Assembly: GCA_038896535.1 (NCBI GenBank)
Contig: JAWACY010000001.1
Location: forward strand, 96,001 to 160,000
DNA length: 64,000 bases
Reading direction: 5' to 3'
DNA from: Candidatus Anstonellales archaeon
GTDB lineage: Archaea > Micrarchaeota > Micrarchaeia > Anstonellales > J096
Shown here: positions 10,844 to 19,968 of the stretch, piece by piece
Layout: every line of letters starts with the position of its first letter
Numbering within the stretch: the first letter of the stretch is position 1
Program-made: the position numbers and the translations under genes
Notes under the pieces: generated by a model
Told to the model about the DNA's origin: nothing
What the model saw: only the letters and a program-made list of their open reading frames with translations
Database searches by the model: none

Positions 10844-13800
10844 CTAATTAAAAAAATCTCCCATGCCCTTTTGCTTTATTTTATCGTCCTCAAAAAGGCT
10901 TTTTATCTCATTCTTTATTAAAGCTAGCCTTTGCTTCATGTAGTTTGAAAGTGAGTAGGTCTCTGATAATAATATGGCATTATCAAGATATTTTTCTATT
11001 CCTCCTCTATGTATTGTTAAAGTTATATTCCCATTGCAGTTATGGCATTTTCCTTTTATTGGTATTCTTCTATACCTTTTATTACATCCAGTACATCTAA
11101 ATGACTGTTTTGAGAACTTTCTCAAATTTCCATAAATATCAGGTATGAAATGACTCAATATGAGTTTCTCCAATGCATCTTTTAAATCAACTGCCCTTAT
11201 TATTTTCATTACTTTTATCTCTTCTTCTGCTTTTTCTGGAATTGTTTTAAGCTCAATATATTTTGTTCTTATTGGCCCCTTATCTAAATAAGCACCATCA
11301 TGAGTAAACATAAGGCCAAAGAACTGCTCCTTTTTCCCTAATCTTGATGAAACACTTTCATAGTCATTCATATTTACATGCTCTTGCTTGAATGCTTTTT
11401 CATAAAACTTAAAATCATATGAACTGCATATATCCATGCTATGAACTTCATCATCAACCTCTTGTGGGTCTATATTTATGTTCATTATTAATGGTGAATC
11501 CATAGTTCCTCCTCTTGAAGCGAGTAGGTATGTTTTAGAAAAATTAAGCAAGCCATCCATTAAAAGGAATATGCTGTCTTCATCTCCATCGCAATTTCTC
11601 CTTCTAGCACATATTAAGTATGGATGGCAATAGCAAACTCTTGCCTTTGTAAATCCTATTATTCTTGCAATATTCCCTGCTGATGTATGCGGGCTTAATG
11701 TTATGACAAGCTTGCCTATTAAGTCATAAATTGAGTTTGCATTGTAATATGGCTTTTCCCCATATAATTTTACTAACTCTTCATCAATAAATTTAGCAGC
11801 ATTCAGCATATGTTTTGCTACATCCTGATTTATAATGATATCCTGTATTTTCAGCTCCAATATCTGATTTTCATTTTCCAGTTCATTGCCATATATATCT
11901 TTTGTATATCCCAATTCCTTTAATTTATCTATGCCTATACCAGCATCGCCAGCATAAAAATGCGTTAAGGCAACATTTGTTGCATCAAACCTTATAGTGC
12001 CATCCCTAAATACATAAAGCCCATATGCTGCTCTTAAAAGGCCTTTTTCCAGCCTCTCTGGTATTTTTTCTTTGCTCATCAATCCTTGAACGCCATTTAT
12101 ATTATTTATTTTATGCCCGACTTTTGCAATTGCATTATCAAAGATCTCAACAAAATTTATATCAGCATGTTTATCATCTGTTTGCTTGGCAATAGAATCG
12201 CAAAATGGACATTTATTGTATGGCACTTGCTTTTTGCATGCTGTGCAATAAAAGCACTTTATCTCAAACTTTCCTTTTCCGCCATTGGTTTTTAATGTAT
12301 TATAAAGTTTTTTCAAGCTCCTTGCAGTTTCACCTGTTGGAAAAATAACATTTGGCTTGCCTTCCATAATTCTTATGCTTGCTTTTTCTGGCCTGCCAAG
12401 CCTTGCCCCTATAAATGACCCGGCTTTATCTTTTATTTCAAAACCAAGCAAATAGGATAAACCATCAAGTATGCCTTTCTCATTTATTGCATTTACAAAT
12501 TCTTGTCTGTCAAAACATAAAATTGTATTCTCTATTACAAAAGCGTTATCACCTTTTATTATTACTTCATTGTTCTCTTTATTGACATCATGCTCTATGC
12601 CAATTAATTCAAGGCATCTCTTTGCATCGCTGCTCAATAAAGCTTTTATGTCATTTCCAACTTTTTCTCCTTTTGTTTTTAGCTCATCATAAAGAGCTAT
12701 AATCTGCTCTTTTGTCAAAGCAGTCCAAAAAAATAATGCAATAGGATGGAGCGGAACCTTATAAGTTTTAGATATCTCAAACGCTTCTTTTGCATTGCCG
12801 GGCTTTTTTATATTCAGGCCTTTGCTTTTTATCTCTGCTTCCCATATCTCTTCGACATATCCCGGCTTAAGCAATTGCATGTTTGTCTTTACAAAATCTC
12901 CTACACTAACAAGAATATCTCCGAGATAAATAATCTCTTCTATATCATCTTTCAACTTTAATGCCTGGGCATAATCGTTAAGCTTTCTAACACTGCCGTC
13001 CTTTAATTTCACTATAGGCCCATCTATACTTGAACATGCTGTTATTACACTACTTTTTCCTGGCTTTTCTATTTTTAACTGCGTTCCATAAGCAATAAAA
13101 TTATTTAATACTGCCATTGTTGCAGGATTTACTGCTTTTGCCATTATGCCAGTTGTAAATGTTCTACCATACCTTAATCTAAAACCACCATTTGCGCTTG
13201 GATATGAAAAAACTGGCCTACCTATGACAAGGCCATCTAAATATATGTCTGCTTTCTCTTCAGCGCTTTTTATTGGGGCAAGTGATTTGATAAAATTCCA
13301 ATGAGAGAGGCCAAGCTTTGAAGTATATTTATATACTTTTGCAGATTTTTGCAATAGCCCCTCACATATTACCAATGGAACGCCTCCCCTTATCCTATTT
13401 GTTTTTATCCTTGGATGGTCTCTATTAACTGACACTTCAATTTCTTCTGTTGGCTCGCCATCTATGCAGACTGGGCAATTTTCAAGCAGTTTTCTTATAT
13501 GCTCTTCTGGTGGGTAATACTGCAACCTTGCTTTTGCAACATCATATATCTGTATTTCTTCAATTACTCTTTCTATCTCCTTTTCATCTGCTCTAAATGA
13601 CTCTATATTAAAGCATTGCCTGACTATATCTGCAAGCACAACAGTAAGGGCAGTTGCTGTTCCGCCAGCCCCTCTTATCGGCCCAGCATAATAAACTGCT
13701 ATATAATGTTTGCCATTATATTTATCTATTTTAACTTTTGCAATGCCCTCTGTTGGGGCAACAAGCACACCTTCTGTTAAAATTGCTGTCCCGACCCTTA

Positions 13801-14098
13801 TTGCTATGTCAGCAAGTTCTTCAATGTTATTGCGCTTTATTACCTCTCCTTTGCATATTTCCTTCACAATCTCAAATGCTATTTCATCTCTTTTCATGCC
13901 TTGTTTTTCTTTTTCTCTTATATAGGAAGCAATGCCTTTTAGCTCAAGCAATCCTTCAACTCTGCTTGCTATGTCATTTGCTTTTGCTATTTCAACATAT
14001 GGCTTTGGATCAAAGCCTTTTCTTCTCGCTCTCTCTGCTATTGCATATGCATTTTCAACTTCATTCTTTATTGATGAAAAATATCTATCTATCTCCAT
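10844..14098 (-). CDS. polC: DNA polymerase D large subunit DP2
   Basis: YAGPIRGAGGT, FRLRYGR, RRNCDGDED catalytic motif, C-terminal Zn finger; no intein-sized insert. Confidence 0.97.
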   Translation of the reverse strand: MEIDRYFSSIKNEVENAYAIAERARRKGFDPKPYVEIAKANDIASRVEGLLELKGIASYIREKEKQGMKRDEIAFEIVKEICKGEVIKRNNIEELADIAIRVGTAILTEGVLVAPTEGIAKVKIDKYNGKHYIAVYYAGPIRGAGGTATALTVVLADIVRQCFNIESFRADEKEIERVIEEIQIYDVAKARLQYYPPEEHIRKLLENCPVCIDGEPTEEIEVSVNRDHPRIKTNRIRGGVPLVICEGLLQKSAKVYKYTSKLGLSHWNFIKSLAPIKSAEEKADIYLDGLVIGRPVFSYPSANGGFRLRYGRTFTTGIMAKAVNPATMAVLNNFIAYGTQLKIEKPGKSSVITACSSIDGPIVKLKDGSVRKLNDYAQALKLKDDIEEIIYLGDILVSVGDFVKTNMQLLKPGYVEEIWEAEIKSKGLNIKKPGNAKEAFEISKTYKVPLHPIALFFWTALTKEQIIALYDELKTKGEKVGNDIKALLSSDAKRCLELIGIEHDVNKENNEVIIKGDNAFVIENTILCFDRQEFVNAINEKGILDGLSYLLGFEIKDKAGSFIGARLGRPEKASIRIMEGKPNVIFPTGETARSLKKLYNTLKTNGGKGKFEIKCFYCTACKKQVPYNKCPFCDSIAKQTDDKHADINFVEIFDNAIAKVGHKINNINGVQGLMSKEKIPERLEKGLLRAAYGLYVFRDGTIRFDATNVALTHFYAGDAGIGIDKLKELGYTKDIYGNELENENQILELKIQDIIINQDVAKHMLNAAKFIDEELVKLYGEKPYYNANSIYDLIGKLVITLSPHTSAGNIARIIGFTKARVCYCHPYLICARRRNCDGDEDSIFLLMDGLLNFSKTYLLASRGGTMDSPLIMNINIDPQEVDDEVHSMDICSSYDFKFYEKAFKQEHVNMNDYESVSSRLGKKEQFFGLMFTHDGAYLDKGPIRTKYIELKTIPEKAEEEIKVMKIIRAVDLKDALEKLILSHFIPDIYGNLRKFSKQSFRCTGCNKRYRRIPIKGKCHNCNGNITLTIHRGGIEKYLDNAILLSETYSLSNYMKQRLALIKNEIKSLFEDDKIKQKGMGDFFN

Positions 14099-15509
14099 GC
14101 AGATCCCATAAAGAAAATTTCATTGTTTTTAATTCAAGTATTGGTATCTTTCCAGGAGTCGGCAAATGCCCTTGTTTAAGCTGATACGCTGTCCTGTCTT
14201 GGAATGTTCCAGAATTAACTAAAAATGTTGAAAAATATTTACTTATATCTGTTCTATGGAGATGGCCAGCATGGTAAACATTTGGTATTTTGTCAATAAC
14301 AAGATAATCGAATTCTTCTGGCACAATTGGGTTAATGCCATATATAGGGCTAAGATGCCTCCTTTTTAATTGTTCCTTCATTGCCTCAGCAACATTGATG
14401 TAATTAAGCCCTTTTATATTTGCTATTAAAGAATCTAATGAAGTGCCATGATATATTAAATGGCATATGCCCTCAATATCAACATATGCTGGATTACCTA
14501 CAAAATAGGCTTTTATTGGTAATAGCTTTTTATCTATTGCTGGAGATGGCTCAGCCCTTCTTACTGCATCGTGATTACCTGGACTTATTATGATTTCTAC
14601 ATAATCTGGCAATTGCTCAAGAAATGCCTGTAAATACTCATATTGCTTATATATATCTTTTATTTCAAGGTCCTGCTCTTGATTTGGATAAATCCCTATG
14701 CCATCAACTAAATCACCGGCTATTACTACATATTTTATTTTGCCTGCTAATTCATCTTTTGGATTTCTTATGTTATTTATAAATTTAATTAGCAGGTCAG
14801 AAAGCATTATCTTACTGCCTGCATGAATATCTGATATGTAGGCTATTGCAACATCGCTCTCTATTAAAGGCCATCTGGCATGATCATATGTTGGCCTATC
14901 AAAATCTTTTACAATGAAAAACTTCCCTGGTTTACAATAAAATCTTAAAACCTCATCAGGCACAATTGTTTTAGCATCTTCAAATATTTCACTCTCCTTA
15001 TTTATTATTAGTGTTACTTCCTGTTCTTCATCTTCAGCAGTAATTATAATATTTCCATTCTTTGTTTCTCTTTTTTCAGTAACAATGGCTATAAAAGATA
15101 TATTATCATTTATTTTTTCAGCGTTTTTTATAGTTGTATCAATATAATCATGCCTTTTGTTTTTCAAAAAAACGCTGAGCCTTTGTATCCTGCTTTTAAA
15201 ATATCTAGAAAAATCTTTAACAGTATTTCTTGTCCTGCTCTTGCCAGTTATATCCCTATCTTTATCTGGCTCAACTTTTGGGCTATATTCTTTTGCTTTT
15301 GGTATTTTTGACTGCCTTATTACCCTTACTTCAGTTTCTTTATCTTTTTCGCTTATTTTTCTAACTGCTTCTATTATTTTAACTTCGTTTTCAATTAATT
15401 CTTTATCAACTATAAACAAATCCCTATTTTTTAATCTCTTCTCTATACTCTGCCTTAAGTTCTCATCTAGCGAATTAATGTATGAAAGCGCATCTGCTGT
15501 ATATCTCAT
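14085..15509 (-). CDS. polB: DNA polymerase D small subunit DP1 (proofreading exonuclease)
   Basis: OB fold plus SDIHAGS, GDLVDGIGIYP, PGNHD, GHLH; overlaps the DP2 start. Confidence 0.95.
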   Translation of the reverse strand: MRYTADALSYINSLDENLRQSIEKRLKNRDLFIVDKELIENEVKIIEAVRKISEKDKETEVRVIRQSKIPKAKEYSPKVEPDKDRDITGKSRTRNTVKDFSRYFKSRIQRLSVFLKNKRHDYIDTTIKNAEKINDNISFIAIVTEKRETKNGNIIITAEDEEQEVTLIINKESEIFEDAKTIVPDEVLRFYCKPGKFFIVKDFDRPTYDHARWPLIESDVAIAYISDIHAGSKIMLSDLLIKFINNIRNPKDELAGKIKYVVIAGDLVDGIGIYPNQEQDLEIKDIYKQYEYLQAFLEQLPDYVEIIISPGNHDAVRRAEPSPAIDKKLLPIKAYFVGNPAYVDIEGICHLIYHGTSLDSLIANIKGLNYINVAEAMKEQLKRRHLSPIYGINPIVPEEFDYLVIDKIPNVYHAGHLHRTDISKYFSTFLVNSGTFQDRTAYQLKQGHLPTPGKIPILELKTMKFSLWDLHGDR

Positions 15510-15751
15510 ATTTTCACTGATTCAAGAGCAGACAAAATATTGAATAATTTAACTCTTATATGAGTTGGTATGTTTGGATCATCTGTTATTTTTTGTATTG
15601 CATAAACTGCTGCTGAAACTCTTAAATTCATATCTTGTTTATCATCAACCAAATATTTTTTTGCCTCATCAAGTGTATTTCTCACATTCCTGGGGCACAT
15701 TGCATCTTCTTCTGTATCTTTAATTAAAAATATCACGTCTTCTATGCTCAT
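15506..15751 (-). CDS. UPF0147 family protein
   Basis: PRNVR, DDPNIPTHIR motifs. Confidence 0.85.
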   Translation of the reverse strand: MSIEDVIFLIKDTEEDAMCPRNVRNTLDEAKKYLVDDKQDMNLRVSAAVYAIQKITDDPNIPTHIRVKLFNILSALESVKI

Positions 15752-15949
15752 TTAACCACCTCTAAAAAGAGCTTTAATTAAAAATATTATTAGCAGGTTT
15801 TTTAAAATTAATCAGTTTTTTCATTATGCCTATGTTTATCTGACACATAAATAAGCCCAAAACATATAAGTATGTTAAAAATCTAGCTGATAAAAAAGCA
15901 GTTTAATAACCAATTTACCCACCAAGCCAATAACATGAATCAGATATTT

Positions 15950-16231
15950 GTAAGAAGGCGGTGTATAAGCCAATTTGCCTTCTTCCCCAAGCGTATAATA
16001 GGGGCTGGAAGATTGTAAGAAGGCGTGTGTATAAGTTAATTTGCCTTCTTACTACAGGGAATAATAGGGGCAGGATGTTTGTAAGAAGGCGTGTGTATAA
16101 GGGTATTGCCTTCTTACCAAAGGGGATAATAGGGGCGGGAAGATTGTAAGAAGGCATGTTTAATAGGGTGAGCGCCTTCTTACCGGGAAGATTGTAAGAA
16201 GGCGTGTGTATAAGTTAATTTGCCTTCTTAC
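15950..16231 (-). repeat. tRNA-Lys-linked array of 5 palindromic units (GTAAGAAGGC-N17/18-GCCTTCTTAC)
   Basis: Units at 15950-15986, 16015-16052, 16081-16117, 16146-16183, 16194-16231; linkers 28, 28, 28 and 10 bp. Confidence 0.95.
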
Positions 16232-16233
16232 TA

Positions 16234-16307
16234 CGGGTCTGGAGGGATTTGAACCCTCGACACTCCGGTTAAGAGCCGGATGCTCTACCAAGCTGAGCTA
16301 CAGACCC
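16234..16307 (-). tRNA. tRNA-Lys (CTT)
   Basis: Reverse complement folds as a cloverleaf: GGGTCTG acceptor, CCGG-CT-CTT-AA-CCGG anticodon arm, GGTTCAAATCC T arm. Confidence 0.95.
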
Positions 16308-16368
16308 TTATAAACATTTATTTAAAAAACATTTTATAATATTAACACATTTAAAATATAGATAAAGA

Positions 16369-16441
16369 AGCCCCGTCGTCTAGTGGTCAAGGATGCCAGG
16401 CTTTGGCCCTGGAGACCCAGGTTCGAATCCTGGCGGGGCTG
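16369..16441 (+). tRNA. tRNA-Gln (TTG)
   Basis: AGCCCCG/CGGGGCT acceptor, CCAGG-CT-TTG-GC-CCTGG, GTTCGAATC; divergent from tRNA-Lys. Confidence 0.95.
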
Positions 16442-16442
16442 T

Positions 16443-17525
16443 ATGCTTGACTTTATACTTGGTATAATTGCTGGCATTTTAATGGCATTAACGCCGGGAT
16501 TGCATATAAATCTTATAAAAGATATAGCATTAACAGATAATTTTTTGATAGCTGCTGCTGGGGCGTTTTTAATATTCAATATAATACAAATATTCGTTTT
16601 TTATACCTCAATACCAGAAGAAATTGCTGGCTTACCTTTAATTGTTAAGCTCTCAAAGAAATACTCACAAAAGGCAATAATAATTTACCATGCATTAGGC
16701 GCTCTTTTTGGTATAGTTTTTGCCTATCTATTTTACAATGATGGCATGATACAAAGTATTTATAACATAATAAAACCTTATTTTGCCTATATCCTTATAT
16801 TAGCTTCTTTATTATTAATAGTAAAAAGCAAAAATAGAAAAATTTTTGCAACATTTTTTATTATTTCTGGCTTGCTTGGCTTTGCTGTTTTTTCATCTGT
16901 TGATAAAGAGCCTTTTCTGCCTTTATTCTCTGGCTTATTCTCATTGCCTTTATTATTAATCAAGAAAAAACAAAATCAGGAAAAAGAATGGCATGAGAAG
17001 AATAGTAAAATCAATATTTTTGAAATATTTTTTTCTTCTCTTGTAGGGTCATTTTTGGGTTTTATAGCAATCTTACTTCCTTCAATAAGTTCACCATCAG
17101 TAATATCAATGCTTATCCTACCAGCAATAAATAATATAACTTATATCTCTATTTTATCCTCAATAACAAGTTCGCAATATTTATATGGCATGCATTCATT
17201 AACAGAAATAAACAAACCAAGGATTGGCTGGATATCAGGGCTCAAAAGTATAAATATAGAGCTATTGATAGTTTCTTGTTTTATATCTTCTATATTAATA
17301 TTCTTGTTTTTAAATAAAATAAAATTACTGAATTCATTTTATTCTCTTAGGCCTTTGGCAATATTTTATATTATTTTATTAACTCTTTTGTTGTCTGGAA
17401 TAGCTGGCATAGTAGCACTTTTTTCCTCTGCTGTATTTGGCCTTTTTGCTGCAACAAAGGATGTGGAAAAAACATCTTTACTTGGTTGCTTAACATTACC
17501 GACAATTATGAACTTCTTATTTTAA
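16443..17525 (+). CDS. TctA/DUF112-like (tripartite tricarboxylate transporter-like) membrane protein
   Basis: GILMALTPGLHIN, PLFSGLF, many TMs. The track start at 16383 lies inside the tRNA; the ATG at 16443 is more plausible. Confidence 0.7.
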   Translation: MLDFILGIIAGILMALTPGLHINLIKDIALTDNFLIAAAGAFLIFNIIQIFVFYTSIPEEIAGLPLIVKLSKKYSQKAIIIYHALGALFGIVFAYLFYNDGMIQSIYNIIKPYFAYILILASLLLIVKSKNRKIFATFFIISGLLGFAVFSSVDKEPFLPLFSGLFSLPLLLIKKKQNQEKEWHEKNSKINIFEIFFSSLVGSFLGFIAILLPSISSPSVISMLILPAINNITYISILSSITSSQYLYGMHSLTEINKPRIGWISGLKSINIELLIVSCFISSILIFLFLNKIKLLNSFYSLRPLAIFYIILLTLLLSGIAGIVALFSSAVFGLFAATKDVEKTSLLGCLTLPTIMNFLF

Positions 17526-17651
17526 TTAACTTTACAATGATTATTTTATTTCTCTTTGTTTGCTTGGTTTTGCTTATATCTTTTTTGCTTATATCATTTT
17601 TACTTTATCAAGTTATAAGGCAAGAGATTTATTTATAATAATATATAGTTC

Positions 17652-18206
17652 TTATTTTAATTTCCCTAAAGTGGCAGTAGCAAGTATGCTAAATATGTCT
17701 TCTCCATCCTTGAGTTTTTTTAGCAATGTTTTGAAAATTTTCTCGTTAGGATAATTTGTTTTTTCTTGAAGTATAAGGAGTTGCGCAAGAAGGATTAAAA
17801 ATTTGATATTATACTCTCCATATTTACTTAGTTCTTTGAATCTGTTTATTGTTTCATTATCATAATTAAGCAATTCTCCTAAGCTTAATTTATCCCGTTC
17901 TTGTTTGCTCTTTATTGGTTTGATCTTTTGCCATATCTTCATTAACTCATCTATAAATTTCGAAGTGAGCTCTTTATTCTTGTGTATTTTGATCAATATG
18001 TCGACTGTCCAATGTATATGTTTTGGTGTTCTGATATTAGACCATCCTCCGTTTTTTAACTTTTGCCTGTATTTTATTATAATATCTGCTTCACTTTTTC
18101 TGCCAGGGTAAATGGCCAAAATATATGCCCCATTTATATTTAGCACGCTAATTGGTTTAAGATTTAATCTTTTATCATGCATAAGCTCATATAAATTTCC
18201 TGCCAT
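17652..18206 (-). CDS. Uncharacterised protein coupled to a DNA methyltransferase (candidate restriction/defence nuclease)
   Basis: TGATG overlap with the MTase stop; motifs RTPKHIHWTVD and QEKTNY; family not recognised. Confidence 0.5.
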   Translation of the reverse strand: MAGNLYELMHDKRLNLKPISVLNINGAYILAIYPGRKSEADIIIKYRQKLKNGGWSNIRTPKHIHWTVDILIKIHKNKELTSKFIDELMKIWQKIKPIKSKQERDKLSLGELLNYDNETINRFKELSKYGEYNIKFLILLAQLLILQEKTNYPNEKIFKTLLKKLKDGEDIFSILATATLGKLK

Positions 18207-19123
18207 CACCACCACTTCATACTTTCGCTAAACTTACTAACTTTTTCTCCTTTTTCTGGTTTTCTAAAGACAAATAAATGTTCGTGCGCCAATAGCAAGA
18301 AATTATATTGAACACTTCGTTTTTTCCATAGAGGCGTAGCCCTCATATTATGTTGTAGTTTTATTATATCCTCTTTGAGTATAAACCCAACGTCCAAGAA
18401 AGATTGCATGACTCTAAATGAGATGGGGACATAATGTTTATGTCTTCTTGTATCCCCTATTAAAACGGCACAATATTTACCTGGTTTTAATACTCTGTAA
18501 AATTCTTGTGCAACTTTTTTCATCTCGTTTGCAAATTCTTCAACACTTCTGACTTTTGATAGGTCTCCCTCATTTTTATGGCCCGAATTTTTTGTATACC
18601 CTATAATATTTGCGTATGGTGGGTGTGTAGCTATTAAATCAATACTTTCATTTTTGATCTTGTCAAGATTTCGAGCATCTCCAACATATGTTTTTATCCA
18701 ATTTTTTGATTCACTTCTAAGTTTATTGTAAGAAAATTTCAACCTATCCATAGTTAGCATTATTGCCTCTTTGTTAATATCAACACCAATAGCATTCCTA
18801 TCAAGTAATTTTGCTTCTATAAGAGTAGTACCAGACCCAACAAACGCATCAAGAACAGTTTCCCCTTCTTTGGTATATCTAAGGATCAAATTTCTTGGTA
18901 CTTTGGGGGCCCAATTTCCTCTATACCTAGCATTGAGGTAGTGGGTTGCCCATTCCCCCCTTTTTGGGAAACTCCAAACTGTTGTTGTTTCCAATTCAAA
19001 ATTTTTTGGTTGATATTCTTTTATTTTCCAGTCCCTTCCTATTTCAAGTCTTATATCTTCTATCGTTATCTCTCTACGTTCTTCTATAAAACTCTTATAA
19101 TCTGACCACGTTATTTCTTCCAT
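18206..19123 (-). CDS. Amino (N4-C/N6-A) DNA methyltransferase
   Basis: VLDAFVGSGTT (motif I), GVDIN, GDAR, THPPY (motif IV), RVLKPG. ORF opens at 19207; MEEITW at 19123 is the likelier start. Confidence 0.85.
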   Translation of the reverse strand: MEEITWSDYKSFIEERREITIEDIRLEIGRDWKIKEYQPKNFELETTTVWSFPKRGEWATHYLNARYRGNWAPKVPRNLILRYTKEGETVLDAFVGSGTTLIEAKLLDRNAIGVDINKEAIMLTMDRLKFSYNKLRSESKNWIKTYVGDARNLDKIKNESIDLIATHPPYANIIGYTKNSGHKNEGDLSKVRSVEEFANEMKKVAQEFYRVLKPGKYCAVLIGDTRRHKHYVPISFRVMQSFLDVGFILKEDIIKLQHNMRATPLWKKRSVQYNFLLLAHEHLFVFRKPEKGEKVSKFSESMKWW

Positions 19124-19886
19124 GCCTATGTAAGGGCAGTTGTTTGTTGTATTATTAATCTTTTCTTTTTTCTTTAATTCCATATCAACAACAATATTAC
19201 TTCCCATTTCTCCGTCACCACAACAACTTAATGCTTTTACCTACGCCCATGATAATGGTTTTTCTTACTTGCTGTTCCTTTATAATCGCCAGACAAAACT
19301 TAACAGGTCCATTCAATTTGGACAAACCCAGTAATAATGAATATAAACCTAATAATGAATATAAACAAATCTTCTCTTCTTTAACACCTGCAAATTTTTC
19401 CTTTTTTAAATGGCGGTAGTTAGTCATAATTAGATTGCGTCCAACCACAATTAACCCAAAATTTACTAAGTTCTTCCCCATAATTACCGCCCAACCAAAA
19501 TTTGTTTTGCCTATTCACATTTTATATTATCTAATATTCACTTAATCACTAACTTTAATAAATCTATCTTAGCTATTTGTCATTTAATATCTATTTATTT
19601 AGTAAACACTTTGTTGTGGCATAATTAAGATATTGCACTTATTTGCTTATTATTACTGACTATATATTTGATTGATAGATTATCCATAATCAAACTGATG
19701 AATTAGGTGGTTATTTAGGTAGTTTATAATAAGAAGAAAAGGCATGATAGCTACCCTAATAGACCAATTCTATAATTAGATGAGCAGTATTTAAGCCAAT
19801 CATATCTTGTTAATACCACGCATATTAACATCTTATCAATGCATGTATTTTAGGTTATAAAATTATTAAACACAACTAAAAATTAA

Positions 19887-19959
19887 AGCCCCAGGAGGGA
19901 TTTGAACCCTCGACCTCGCCCTTACCAAGGGCGCGCTCTACCTGCTGAGCTACTAGGGC
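19887..19959 (-). tRNA. tRNA-Thr (GGT)
   Basis: Reverse complement: GCCCTAG acceptor, CGCCC-TT-GGT-AA-GGGCG, GGGTTCAAATCCC. Confidence 0.95.
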
Positions 19960-19968
19960 TTTAAGGAT

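Noticed and set aside
10844..14098. Intein in PolD DP2
   Set aside because: Length (1084 aa) is normal, the catalytic region is contiguous, and no splicing motifs are visible.
16024..16051. Xer/dif-like site (GTGTGTATAA-N6-TT...)
   Set aside because: Only one arm resembles dif; the symmetric TTAT arm is missing and the real dyad is 10-18-10.
15915..16157. Track ORFs 15915-16157 and 15961-16149
   Set aside because: They are translations of the repeat array; a 65-bp period shifts the frame, and there are no start signals.
15950..16231. Replication origin (ORB) next to the polD operon
   Set aside because: No convincing ORB consensus, no cdc6 in the window, and the same unit follows two other tRNAs far away.
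17526..17651. att duplication of the tRNA-Thr 3' end closing the MTase islet
   Set aside because: No copy found and no integrase, so it is not called a mobile element.
19140..19481. Short ORFs upstream of the MTase
   Set aside because: Overlapping on both strands, containing a tandem duplication, with no recognisable motif; probably decayed sequence.
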